Source: the human T2T-CHM13v2.0 reference genome, Homo sapiens. From it: 64,000 bases of DNA. The stretch lies in NCBI RefSeq assembly GCF_009914755.1, contig NC_060939.1; one strand, given 5' to 3'. The translations under genes were made by a program, and so were the position numbers. Shown one piece after another: positions 28,931-43,908 of this stretch (its first letter is position 1; every line of letters starts with the position of its first letter). The notes under the pieces were generated by a model that did no database searches, was not told the DNA's origin, and saw nothing but the letters and a program-made list of their open reading frames with translations.

Positions 28931-29074
28931 CCGACGAGGAGTCGGATGATTTTAGAGCAAAAGACCAACCGTCAGGAGTCATGGACGCACAGTGTGGTAA
29001 GCGCAGCTCCACAGGCTTCAGGAACTTGAGGCCATGGGGACCACACATCACCAAAGGACTCAGCAGTGTTTCAC
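28931..29074 (-). CDS. TJP1: ZO-1 exon 27 (ZU5): GETLLSPLVMCGPHGLKFLKPVELRLPHC[ASMTPDG[WSFALKSSDSSSG]], with alternative exon ends at 28991, 28970 and 28931
   Basis: Acceptor ctccag|GT. Three phase-1 donors: T|gtgcgt, G|gttggt, G|gtatgc. Confidence 0.93.
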
Positions 29075-29214
29075 CTGGAGTTGGAAAAGGGGATAGGCAG
29101 AGAGGATGGATGTGGTCTTTCTTCTAGAATCCCAGTTTTCCTCACCCTGCTTCTAATTATATGCTTGAAAGCCTAATGGAGTTAGTTCTCTACAGTCGCA
29201 CTGACCACAAAAAA

Positions 29215-29490
29215 ACGTAACAGCAGCCACATATGGAATCTTAAATTTCCCAGTAGCCACGTTAGAAAGTAAAAAGAAACAAGTGATATCAAATCTTACA
29301 ATATTTTAATATTTTAACTCAATATAACGAAAACACTGTTATTTCAACATGTAATCAATATATGAAATCTTTGGAACTTGGTGTGTATTTCACATTTCCA
29401 GCATCTTTCAATCCCAAATTGTCACACTTCAAGTGCTAGCTAGCCACGTGCAGGCAGTGGCTACTGCATTCAATCATATGGGTCTATAAT
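29215..29490. mobile_element. MER3-type hAT MITE
   Basis: taaatttcccagtagccacgtt...aaaagaaacaagtg...cacttcaagtgctagctagccacgtg...gtggctac. Confidence 0.7.
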
Positions 29491-30296
29491 AAAAAACATA
29501 TTCAAATGTGCTTGTTGCGAATGTGATATATTTTCCATTTTCAAAATGTTTTGTTTGCTCCATAGGTGGTTAAAGAGATTCATGCAGGGCCAACACAGTC
29601 AGTCCTACTGGTTTTTAAAACAGGATATCCCCAAAATCAGAGTACAGAATCAGATGTCAGTATTCCGGCAAAATACAAAAAAGCGAACTAAATTTGTTTA
29701 GGAAGTAAAAGCACTGCTAAAAGATGCTAAATCACAACACACTTCGTTATAATATCCTGGTAGATCCAGGAGGATTATGAAAATAAGTTTCCTTAAGAAG
29801 CTCAGAAACATGCTGTCATCTCCTCTGAGACTCCTTCATGCACTCTGCTGAGCATGTACTAGTGCTAGGTTCTGGGGTGATGAATAAGACAGTACCTGTC
29901 AAGAGGTTTAGGTTCTCCAATCAGGTGAAGGCACAGCAAAGCCTTTCTGAGTGGGTGTTACCTAACCCATCTCCAGAGACGCAAAGGCTGACTGATTCAA
30001 AGACAAATTTGGTTAGGTCAGCCTAGGCTGCTCAGCAGGTGAGACATCCCGTGGCCTGTCCTATGCCATCATTTTTTATTTCACACCAAAAGTAAAAGCA
30101 GGCAGTGTGGTCACCACAGCCTTGCTTCAGGCCACCCACTGCTTGCTTGCAACACCGTCCCCAGGGCACCCCTCGCTACAGCACTCATCTGGAGATAGAG
30201 AGGTGCTGCATTATTAGCCAAGCACTATAAGCTCTGAAGTGCACACAGGGCAACTCTTAAGTTATCAAAACTAAGGAGAAAAATAAACACATTTAC

Positions 30297-30514
30297 CTTT
30301 CTCTTTATCTAAAGGTGGAAGGATGCTGTTGTCCCGGCAGACCTTGAAATAGATTTCCTGCTCAACTCCTTCGGGAATGGCTCCTTGAGGGATAATTATA
30401 CTAACACCAGTTTCTATGGAACTCAGCACGCCCCCATTGCTGTTAAATATGCCTCGGGCTGTGGCCACCACAGTATGACCATCTTCATCTTCATCCTCTT
30501 CCACAGCTGAAGGA
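30297..30514 (-). CDS. TJP1: ZO-1 exon 26 (start of ZU5): PSAVEEDEDEDGHTVVATARG...LPPLDKEKG
   Basis: ttcag|T ... G|gtaaat, 218 nt. Confidence 0.97.
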
Positions 30515-30635
30515 CTGAAAGTTCAGAAATGGCTAGTGAGTGAATTCCTAATAATACACAGGTGCTTTGCTTTTACTACTACTGTATTACGTGCTTTCAC
30601 TTTTATTTCTCCATATAATCAAGAAGTTACTTTAA

Positions 30636-31000
<365 letters not shown>

Positions 31001-31153
31001 GAGAATATTATTTCTAGAGAAATTCCATTCTAGAAAATTTCAAAAATTCTAGAGAAATGTCAAAAATTCAATTTTTGAAGGCAATCAGTCAAACGACCTT
31101 CATTAATGAATTGCAACCTGAAAGTGTAAAATCTGATGCCTTGAACACCCAAC

Positions 31154-31345
31154 TACAGGTGAAGCATCCCTAACCTGAAAATCTGAAATGCTCCAAAATC
31201 GGAAACTTTTTTTTGAGTGTCAAAATGAAGCTCAAAGGAAATGCTCATTGGAGCATTTTGGCAATATTCCAAAATCCAAAAAAACCCAAGATATGAGACA
31301 CTTCAGAACCCAAGAAGTTTGGACAAGGGATACTAAACAGGTACA
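31154..31345. mobile_element. Tigger4/MER46-type MITE
   Basis: tacaggtgaagcatccctaacctgaaaatctgaaatgctccaaaatc...aagggatact. Confidence 0.75.
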
Positions 31346-31412
31346 GAGTTTTATGAAGCACATTTTAAAATCCATGAAATTGGAACTTTAAAACTGGTAA
31401 GTCACAATTTAA

Positions 31413-31722
<310 letters not shown>

Positions 31723-32684
31723 TGTTCTTCCATTTTTAGTGACACAAAACAATGGTGCATCTCACGGCTGACAGCATCTCAGACTTGATAAAATCTCCCT
31801 AGGATTTTAAGTGTGCCTGAGTATGGTCCTGCCTCAGCATTCCCTGAGGACCAAGCGCCCGCTCTGGCTGTAGGAGGCAAGGCTTCCAAGGTTCCATGAG
31901 GCGAAGACCCTTGTATGGGCATATCCCAAACATCCACGAAAGAGAGACAGTAGATTAACTTAGTAATCACAGAACGCCAAAGGCAAAGGGGATGTGGTAT
32001 CAATGACTGCTTCAAAAGTAGAGGCTATCAACTTCCTGAAAGTACAGTTTTGAGCCAGGGCTCAAAGGTGAGCAGAAAGACCAACGAAACAGAATTACAT
32101 GAAGGTAGCTGCCGTTTCACTCCAGCATGACCGGAGTGCCAGGGACGACATCCTACGACACAACATCAAGGGAGCAGAGCGCAGCCTGAGCTGCAGAGCA
32201 GAGGCCAGCTCTGTCCGCCCCTGACCATCTGTGGATGTGCAGAGCTAGGAAGGCAGTGACCGCCATAACCATCCTTTCTCTTGGAAAGCAGACTCAGGTG
32301 GCCATCCTGACCTTTGGTTCTCCCTGCCTGCAAGTGCTTCTGCTTTATGGTGGCGTGAAAATGGAACTGGCTGTAGGAGGCTGAGATGAGCTTTTATGTA
32401 TGGCCAGAATCCATCTGGTCAATCGCCGTGGAATGAAAGACAGGAAAGAGGAGCTGCAGGGAGGCTCCAGGTGGGCTCACTTTGTCTCATTTGCTCAGCC
32501 ATCTCACTAACTGCTGCTCTTTAAACAGTCAGAGGTTATTCTATTTTTCTTCTTAGCATCATTGTGGAACAAATAATGAATGAGGAACATAGATACTTAA
32601 TGTTTTTAGATGTCCTCCACATGCACCTTACCAGTAGGTCAGGAGGTTACAAAAGGTCATGGCTGGTTAAGAGTATGGGCTCCT

Positions 32685-33015
<331 letters not shown>

Positions 33016-33327
33016 CTAAATTGAGGCTCACCTCACTCTAGCTGTGACCCTGGGCAAACTGCTTACTGTCACTCAACCTCAGTTCTTAGTACAACAGGGA
33101 TGATGACAGTACCTACCAACCATACACGACTGTTAGCTTTATTATTTTACCAACATCTTGTACCTCCTGGAGGACCTTCTATGTAACAGCATTCATTGCA
33201 ACAACACTCTTCAGTTTAAAGGTTGAGTTAAAAAGATCACTTTAAAGTCCCAAGTCAAATAAACTACAACAAACTCACATGAGAAAAATCACAGGGCCAA
33301 TGCTTTGAGCAAAGGCATAAGTCTTAC

Positions 33328-33805
33328 CTCACAGGAATAGCTTTAGGCACTGTGCTGATATTATTTATTTGATATTTAGGCTTCTCTGCATGGATAGAGA
33401 AAGTTTCAACTCCACTGTCAAACTCAGGAGGCTGTGCCAAACTGTGCGATTTCACAAGAGTTTTTGGAGAAGTGGGAGTTTTTGAAGACAAGTCAGGTTT
33501 ATGTGCAGTTTCACTTGGCAGAAGATTGTGATTGAATTTAGGACTTTCAAACTTGCGTTCAAATGGTCGGGCAGAACTTGTATATGGTTTTGGTGTGAAT
33601 CGATTGTATGCTGGAGTGACTGTTTTCTGAGTCTGTTCAGTTCCATTAACTGGGGCTTTATCTGGAAAACTTTTCTGGGGATAGAAAGCTGCCTGAGCAG
33701 TATCTTCTCGGTTTGGTGGTCTGAAAGTTGCTGGCTTATTCTGAGATGGAGGTGGGTCTGGTTTGGACACTAAGGAATTCTGAAAATCCAATGACACTGA
33801 ATTAC
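33328..33805 (-). CDS. TJP1: ZO-1 exon 25: NSVSLDFQNSLVSKPDPPP...TVPKAIPVS
   Basis: ttcag|GT ... AG|gtaaga, 478 nt, matches ORF 33324-33797. Confidence 0.97.
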
Positions 33806-34631
33806 CTGAAAAACAAACGTAAGCATTTAAATAACTTTCTGAAAAAAGTTATAATAGCCCTGTCCCAGCTTAACTTGTCCTGGTGCTGGAGTCGAGGCCC
33901 AAATGTGGGTCGCACAGCCAGAGCCTGACTCTTGAGCCCTGGAGGCTAGGTGTGATGCTGAGGGATGAGGGCAGCATGGACAGGTGGTGCCATGAATATA
34001 TATACCCTGCTGCCCTGGAGTCAGGGTCCAGCTGCTAAGATTCCTGGCCTCCAAAGATTGGCACTAGTCTTTGTGAAAACTAGAATGCCCAATAATCATA
34101 TAATAAGGATACTCACTATTAATTAGAAAAATGTAAAACAAAACCAACAAAAAGCATTAAATACTATTTCACACCCACTAGAATGGAAAAACCGAAAAGT
34201 CTGATGATGCCAAACATTGGTTAAAAAGTGGAACCACAGGATTTTTTATGCACTGCCAGCCGCAGTGTAACACAGTACCAACTGAACTCTGTGAAATAAT
34301 TAAGGACACTACAAGACAGGAGAATTATTAATCCAAATACCTCATGAATATAGTAATATAATTTTCCACAGTACGAGAAGAAAAATCATATGGTCATCTT
34401 AATACATGCAGGAAAAACATCTGACTGCTTTCAGCAAACTCTGAATATAGGGAATGTCTTAAACATGATAAAGGACATCTACGAAAATCCTAGAGCTAAC
34501 ATTCTAAAGGATAAAACATGAAGTCCTTCCTCCTTAAAATCAGGAACTAGCAAAAGAGGTCCAATTTCACCACTTACATTTCAGAGTTTATTGGAGGTCC
34601 TGGCCAGTGCAATCAGCAAGAAAAGAAAGAA

Positions 34632-34963
<332 letters not shown>

Positions 34964-35599
34964 TTAAAACTGTCTTTATCTGTAAACATGGGCATGTGTG
35001 AAAAAAAATCTTAATAAAAGATAGCCTCAATCCAGAACTATAACACATCTGCTTGAAGACTCACAAGCCCAAGGAGGTGCCTCCTAAGGGAATAATAAGA
35101 GAAGTCTGTGCTAGGAAAATGCCTGTCCACAGCAGAAGAGATAACCACTTTGTGTTATATGCTGAGGGTAAAATGTTACAAAGCTCTTAAGATGAATAAT
35201 CTGGAGCTATATGTGATCTACCTGGTATGTAAATGCAAAAGTCAAGGTGTATGGGATACATTTTATATGAAACATTATGGCTTTTCTATTTGGGTGTGTG
35301 AGATAAAACATAGTAGGTTTTACAAACCATCTTTACATATACTGGCAAACACTACTTCCAGAAGATTTAGAGACTAGCATAAAATAGATTAAAATCTGTT
35401 TAGCTAAAAGGCTTGTCCAAAATAATGGTCTTGTAAAAACAGGAGACATACTTTTAACAAAATTCTTAGTTTTTACTGTTCCCAGCCCAAAGGTTTCAAG
35501 CATGTATTTTTTAATGTAAAAACCATTTTGCCTAGAAACCACCAGAATTTTACTTCATAAGCATTACTGTGTTAAAATGTCTACTTCCGAACTTCCTAC

Positions 35600-35769
35600 C
35601 TTCACCATGTGCTCCCTTAGAATGTATGTGGAGAGACGCGCTGGTGACAGGCTGAGATGGCTGGGCATACTGCGAGGGCAATGGAGGAGGAGGGGGAGTG
35701 GCCTGGATGGGTTCATAGCGTTTCTCGCCAAATGATCTATCCACACCATCAGCTTCAGGAGGCTTTCCC
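35600..35769 (-). CDS. TJP1: ZO-1 exon 24: GKPPEADGVDRSFGEKRYEPIQATPPPPPLP...GAHGEG
   Basis: aacag|G ... G|gtagga, 170 nt. Confidence 0.97.
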
Positions 35770-36132
35770 CTGTTAACAAATGAAGAAAATGCCAACACCT
35801 GAAAATGGACTCACATTTACAAAACAAGTTCTCATTTCTCCATGTATCTCTAAGTTAAAAAAAAAAACTAGAAATTTCACAATTTATTCTCATGAGTATG
35901 GGTAGCTACTCTACCAAAATATAAAAACAGATTCGACCATTCATCGGCACAAGAAATGTCCAGACACACAAAAACTTTAAGAATATTAGTAAAACATCCA
36001 GAAGATGGCAACCAAAGGCAGGTGAAATTTTGGGTATAGTTTAATTGTTATTTACAAAAGATAGTAACGTTGACAGATTTAAGAAAGTCTTGCAAATATT
36101 CTGAAAACATATCATGGCACAAATTTTCCTGA

Positions 36133-36435
<303 letters not shown>

Positions 36436-38972
36436 CTAGACCCACTTCTGATTTTGTATCTGGCATCTGGCATACTCGGAGCACCATAAAAACAGATGTC
36501 ACAGACTAGGGGTTGGCAAACTTTTTCACTGAAACACCAGAGAGTAAATGTTTGTGGTCTTTTGGCCCATACAGTCTTTGTTAGAACTATTCAAATTATG
36601 CGGTTATAGCCTTGAAGCAGCCACAGACAATGGGCATATCTGCGTTTCAGTAAAACTAAAAAAACTGGAGCTTTTACTTTAAAATTTCCCCTTGAGTTAC
36701 CAGGTCCATTTTTTGGTTAAATGACTGCTAGAGCAGCAGATCCTGCTTTATTTTACAAGGTTCATTTAAGTCAAATTGTGCCATGTATGTTTATTTTTTC
36801 AGATTGCCAATTGTTAATATGTAACACAAAATTCACACAAATCTTTTTAAAAGACCCATAATTGCAACATTGCCATCTAAACCTTACTGCTGAATGCCAA
36901 AGCTGCACTAGCTTTATGTGCACCAACAATAACATATACATTTGGAATACTCCTGGTCATTTTCATAAATTTTCATTGAAGAAGTCTTATGATTGGCTTT
37001 TTTATCTTGCTTTCATGAATTTAGACTAAGCCCTTGATGATGACATTAAAATCTGAAAGTGCACATAATGCCAGTGACACAGTGAGGGACACCTTATGGA
37101 ACAGCCTCACATTAATTGCCAGTCTTACCACTTGACGTTCCTTTTCAAGTAGTCATAGCTAGTGTAAGAGCCAAGAAATCTAGGTGATGGCAAAGCAAGC
37201 GCAATAGAAAAATGAAAGAAAATGGTCAATCTAACTAAGTAAATTTGCAGCAAATGGAACTCAAATGTCATTTAAAAATATCAACCAACATCCACCATTT
37301 CACCATAATTTGGTCTATAAAGGAACATATCACTAACTCTCATTTGGCCAAGGAAATTGAAGATAAATAAAACACAATCACTTAGTTATGTCCCGTCTGC
37401 TGGCCCATCCTTCATGTACTTTAACTGTTACTGCAGTGAAAAGCAATGTGTTTGAACTTTGCTCCTTCTCCACCTCTGTTGCAGCTGCTAATAGTGAGCA
37501 AAGAAATTTATCAAATCAAAGAGTGGTGATCAAGGATAATTAGCAGGTTCTGAATAAGTGGGAGTGACATGTCCCATTAAAAAAAAAAAAAAAAAGGCTG
37601 GGCAAAGAAATTCTGCAAGTGAAGACACAGGAAAAAGTAACACAACAGAAGAGCTACATTGAGCCCCTGGGAGGGGAATGGTAAATGGAGAGATAGAAAT
37701 ATGCCTGGCTTGAAACCTGGCCAGGCTTCACATGTTCCTTTCTAGCAAGACCTCCTCCATCTCCAATCATAAGCTGGGCCCTGTGGTGGTGGAGTCTTAC
37801 TGGTGAAGCTGCATGCTTGATGCTCAGGCTCTCTCTCATCTAATGATGTCTCACAAACACAAAAACAACTGAACATCAGTCTCTCACATTTAGTTCTTTA
37901 AAAGCTACAAACCACCATCATTTATTGAGACCTGGAAGTCTCACATAGTGAGTTGAGTCCTGAAAGGTAGATTTGATAACAAAAAATCCCTGGTTGTCCT
38001 GAAGAAGTTGACTCAATCTCTGGACTGAGACATGTGCACAGCCCTGGAGGGACACTGCTCTTCTTGCACTGTTTTAGAATCCTGGAAACTTCTAATTTAC
38101 TTTGGAGGTGAATGTCTAAGCTACTGTCTCCTAACCTTTCCAGTTCTAATCCAGCTCTATGGAACTGTTAGACTGGGTAATATCTGCTTGCTTCCTGGGG
38201 CATCTGTCCTGTGCTAACAAAGATTATTTTCCATATCTAATTCTCACCATTTCTGAGGTGTGTTTTTAAGTGAAGCATAAGCACACATCATCTGAAGGAA
38301 GAAAATTTTGCTACTCCTGTATTTACTGAAAGAAAGAAATGCCTGAAGGCAGTCTTATTTAGTGACAAACAGTAAATGGTTTTGAAATGCAGGACAGAGT
38401 CCTATATTTTAAGCTATTTTCCAGTTGATGAAGTTGTACTCATTGGACAAGAGTATGAAAAAGCATTACAAGGGAAACTTACAGAAACAACTACCCTCTT
38501 AGTTATCTTCCATGACCCTTATTCTCCTTTCCATTTCTCTAACCATTAAATACCTATATGGGAAAATGCAGCACAATTATAAAGAGTTTCAATTTCACAC
38601 TACAAAGGAAAAAAAAGTATACTGGTATCCAGCCCAAACTATACTTTTCTCTCTCACAGCAGCAGGGAGTAAAATCAAACTGAGTTCTGAGTAAATTCAC
38701 AAAGACAGATGTCATCTGTTTCACAATATATCCCTGTGAAAACAATGACCAGGTAATACAGGTTCCTTCCAGAGCTGTGTTAATGAAAAGAAGGGTGGTG
38801 GATGCACCTAGTATACCATGCCCTGTTTTGAGCTTCATTCACTCAACAATTACTGAGCCCCTACTGCATGCAAGGCAATGTTCTACACCCTAAAGTTATA
38901 CATCACAAATAAGCTAAGTCTTCTTTCTAGAAAAACAAATTAACACAGAAAGCAAACATGCATTTTGATTGA

Positions 38973-39609
<637 letters not shown>

Positions 39610-39838
39610 ATATAATCTTTTTAAGGTTGTATTCTATTTACCAAATATGTAAAACGATAAATAAGAGATATCTTTAAACTAAACACCTGAGCCTTCTTCT
39701 GACAGGAATGAATGTGTTTAACGGTGTTTAGTAAAAATAATAACTAAAGGGTACACCCTTCTGCCTTACCAAAGGTGAGCTCCTATGGCTCAGTGCCTAG
39801 CTCACTTTAGGCTAGTCACCATTTAGATGTTACTGTGA

Positions 39839-40713
39839 TAACTGTGTAAATGAATTCCTGTAACACTGTAAATGTAAATGAATTCCTAATGACAAATCCA
39901 CATCTGTTTTTGTTCTTGTGGGTTTTGTTCTGTTGAGGTATGAACCCAGCTGTGCACCTGTGTGGGTTTATATTGTGCTAGCTCACTTCAGTCCAGACAC
40001 CATCTAGATGCCACAACCCCTTTCTAGTGTTGTGCTAAGGGGTGGTTCACAACACTAGTACAAGACACGTTTTGCATTTAATACAACCCCCACTGCAGCA
40101 CTCTCAGTTTGCATTTGGATTCTCATAAACTGCTTTCCTCTGTAAACATAAAGCCTTAAATATAGGACAGTGAAAAAAGTCTTCACTACAAAGGATGTCT
40201 TAGAAAAAAGCAGTGGTAATTAAAATTAGGTTTTAATGTTAGTGGTTTTAAAGTATGTTCTAAAACAATTTACACTCAATAGTAAATGACAAATAGGTCA
40301 TTTCCCAAGATAATCCCAAGCCCACGCAACTAAGTAAGGAAAAATCTAGGTGCTTTTAATATAGACACAATACTATGTGTGATGAATTCTAATATGTCAA
40401 TCTGGCTAGGTACTGCCATGAAGGGATTTTTCAGGTGTAATGTCCCCAAGTCAGTTGAGGGGAGATGGTCTTGGGAGGGCCTGGCCTAATCAGCAGAGCC
40501 CTCTGAATGAGAATTTAGGCCTTCCCTGATCTCACACTCCCCAGTAGCTCAAAATCTTCCCTTCCTGACCAACTGCCCTCTGAAATAGGACTTGCTTAGC
40601 CAGCCCCTGTAACTGTGTAAATGAATTTCTTTTGACAAATCCACATCTGTTTTTGTTCTTGTGGGTTTTGTTCTATTGAGGTATGAATCTACCTGTGTGC
40701 CCGTGTGGGCTTA
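39839..40713 (+). repeat. Local direct duplication: 39839-39970 copies the 3' part of an MLT2-like LTR at 40610-40713
   Basis: Shared tgacaaatccacatctgtttttgttcttgtgggttttgttct.ttgaggtatgaa....ctgtg....gtgtggg.tta. Confidence 0.9.
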
Positions 40714-40720
40714 GACACAA
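40376..40720 (+). mobile_element. MLT2-like LTR fragment
   Basis: tgtgtgatgaattctaatatgtcaatctggctagg...ggacttgcttagccagcccc. Confidence 0.55.
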
Positions 40721-41379
40721 CTATCAGTACCAAATTCTCTTATCAGTCAGGGTTCAACCAGAGACACAGAACCAGTAGGAGACACAAACCCACGCAGGCA
40801 CAAGAAAGGAGAACAAACCAACACGAAACCCAGGGATGAGTAAACGGAGGGGAGCAGCAAGCACAGGGAAAAGATGACTGGGAGTCAAGAAACTTGGGGT
40901 TCAGTCCCAGCTCTGCCCTGTCATTTTCCCTCACCTGTAAAACTGGATCAGAAATCTTACAAAAACAAAAAACAAAAAACCTCTTCAGTATTTCCCTCAA
41001 ACAGGATCCTCCTCACATCTGTATTTATATTTAAAAAATAAAAACAGAAAAGAAAAAGAACCAGCATGACATCATTAGGTGTGTGTACAGAAGTGAAGAC
41101 TGATGATTACCTATCGATGAGGGTCCTTGTGGTTGACACTGTCTTCCGTCAAAACCCTGTGATGTTAGCATCTTTGTGAATGCAAAAACTATGTACATCT
41201 AATAGCAGACTTTAAAAACAAAACACACATCCCAGAACTAAAAAGTATGTACAATGCTGAACCACTAGAGCCTACAGAAATCATATATTACACTTAAATT
41301 ATTTTTCTTCAAAATATATTGAACTGCACGGGATTAATATGCTGCATCCTATTTTTAAAAGCCAGGTGAAATAGCTTAC

Positions 41380-41607
41380 TTTGAAGAATAACTAGAAAAA
41401 TTTGATTGATTCTGAGAATGAGCTGGCTTTGCAGGCTCGGAGAGATGGCTGGCAGCAATGTGTGCAGGAGGCTTATTCTCAAAACTTCTTCGGTCAAAGT
41501 ATGACAGCTGTTTTCGATAATATTCTTCATCTTCTTCAGGGTCATAATGATTGGACCGAACAATATCTTCAGGTGGCTTCAGTTGAGGTTTTTGAGGTTC
41601 TGGGATC
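41380..41607 (-). CDS. TJP1: ZO-1 exon 23: IPEPQKPQLKPPEDIVRSNHYDPEEDEEYYRKQLSYFD...SSYSSK
   Basis: gttag|G ... AA|gtaagc, 228 nt, phase 2-2 (frame-neutral if skipped). Confidence 0.96.
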
Positions 41608-42790
41608 CTAACAGATAATGAATGACAAACGGAACACCTTTTTAAATATTAATGTTATGAAGGAAGTAGAATATGTAAGTCTTATCTTGACTAAAAGGTC
41701 AATAATTACTAACTGCTGTGATTACTGAGGATCTGAGCAGTCCCAACAGTTAAAATGGATATTTCAAATCCCATGTCCTCACAGAGTATACTCAAAAGGC
41801 AGCCCCCTTCTGGCTCATGAGTCCTTTAACACAATATAATAAGCTAAACGATTACATGATTAGGGAACAGCAGGTTAGAAGTAGTTAATCAGAAAGACAA
41901 AGGGCAATGTAACCGAGACAGTGAACATCTTGAGAAGTACATATACCAAGGTCAAGAACAGTAAATGATAGACTTTAAGAACTTTCAAAGGGATTTTTAA
42001 GAACTCAGTCCAGGATCTCAATGATTCTCATATGAACAAATAACTCTATATGGTCTAAAGTTCTAGAAGGCATACAAAGCAGATGAGGAAGAAAGCAAGT
42101 CATTAAGTAAATTCATATTAGACAGTTCTCTTCTTTATCCTAAGTGCAAACATATATTCAGTCAAAAAACAAAATCAGAAGAGCTGTATTCAAATCTAAT
42201 CTGTCACTTATTGGCAGTGCAATGAGGCCATGGGAAAAAGCTCAGGCTGAGGAGCAGCAGGCCAGGTTTCTCTTCCAGCTCTAAGTCTTGTAAGCTACTT
42301 AGCCCCTCTCAGCCTCAGTGTCTCTCTCTACAATGCAGAACAACAACAGTGTCACCTCATTATGCTGATGTGCTTAGCACAAGGGCAAGCACCTTATGCA
42401 TGCTCACTAAATGATTTAGTTATCTTAACCAATCTGAGTCTGTTTCCTCACCACTGGAAACTAAGAGTTCACATGTCGAAAAGCACTTTTAAAACTAAAA
42501 AACATAATACAAATGTCAGAGCTTAAAAATGTTTATTTAATCATCTGCTTGGAGAATATCTTTCCGAAAGTCTGCTAAAGGTATAAAGATTTGTCAGATT
42601 TGTCAGAAATAAAGTTCTACTTTTTTTCCCCCTAGAATCACTGTTTAGGAGAGCTGATAGTTTTTATTTAAGGACAAACTCCTCCTATTCACACCTCTCC
42701 TCTACTAACACAGTAAAAGGTTTTCTTATTGACTAAGAGGGTTAAATTCCTGGTCAGTTCTATGCCACAAAGAGCACAAAGTGTACTCAC

Positions 42791-42888
42791 CTGTACAGAG
42801 TTTTGTCATGTTCACTGAATTGATTCTGAGAAGTGGGTTTGGGACCAATGATGGGAGCACCTGAAGGTTTAGATGCTACTTCTGGAGG
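42791..42888 (-). CDS. TJP1: ZO-1 exon 22: PPEVASKPSGAPIIGPKPTSQNQFSEHDKTLYR
   Basis: T19-aaacag|CCT ... AG|gtgagt, 98 nt. Confidence 0.96.
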
Positions 42889-43035
42889 CTGTTTAAAAAA
42901 AAAAAAAAAAAAAAGACAAATATGCCTAAGGAACAGATAATTAACAGAATAGATATCATGTAATGGCGGAGGGGAGAGCCAAGAAGCCTTTTAAACGGTG
43001 TGCCCATGCATCCAAGGCACTAAAGACATATTTAC

Positions 43036-43908
43036 CTTAAAACTGCCAGTGTCATTTACATCCTTCTTGGTCTCTAAGGATGCAGATCTTTTGTTTTCAA
43101 ACATCTTAACTCTGGTGAGTACAGACTGTGGCTTCATTGCTGGATCTTCCTCTTCTTCGGTTTGAGTTGGGGGTGGAGGCAGTGGTTTGGTGTTTGAAGG
43201 CAGAGCTTCTGGCTTATGCTGAGATGAAGGTATCAGCGGAGGGACAGCTGCAGCACCATGGAGAGGCTCAAAATGACCTGCTCTAGAGGTAAATCCTTGG
43301 GGTGGTACTTGCTCGTAACTGCGTGAATATTGCTCAAAATACTGCTTGGACTCTGCAGGCTTGGGCCCTGCTGAAGGGTGGGGCTGGGCTTCCGGTCTGA
43401 GTCTACCATGTGTGTCATACCCAGGAGCTGGCTGCTCTTCGTGCCGCAGGGCGGATGCTCTAGGTGCCTGTTCGTAACGTGGTCTGCTGTCGTAAGACAG
43501 AGGGGCTGGCTCTTCAAAACGTGGAAAGTACCCTCGTTCTGAGGACTCTTCGGGATGCTGTCTGGAGTCAAGGTCTTGAGAGTGCTGATTATCAAAAGGT
43601 GGCCGAGATGGGTAGGGCTGTTTGTCATCATAATATGACCACTGTTCTTCATACATGGGGACGCGATCTTCGTATCGCAGACGATGTTCATAGTTTCGAG
43701 AAAACTGGTCCGTATAGCTTGAGGACTCGTATCTGTATGTGGGCTGCTCGAGGTCTCTGCTGGCTTGTTTCTCTACGTATGGGAGTTGGGGTTCATAGGT
43801 CAGATTAGGCTCTTTGTCTGGCCTGTGCCCTGGGTGACTAACGGCTGGCTGTTTCAAAACATGGTTCTGCCTCATCATTTCCTCGGGATATGGATCCTTT
43901 CTATACAC
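43036..43908 (-). CDS. TJP1: ZO-1 exon 21 (873 nt; proline-rich, includes the actin-binding region): VYRKDPYPEEMM...DTGSFK
   Basis: atacag|GTG ... AAG|gtaaat, matches the 305-aa ORF 42991-43908. Confidence 0.98.

Noticed and set aside
43233-43808. 152-aa and 114-aa ORFs overlapping exon 21
   Set aside because: Alternative-frame or antisense shadows of the real ZO-1 exon, with no independent support
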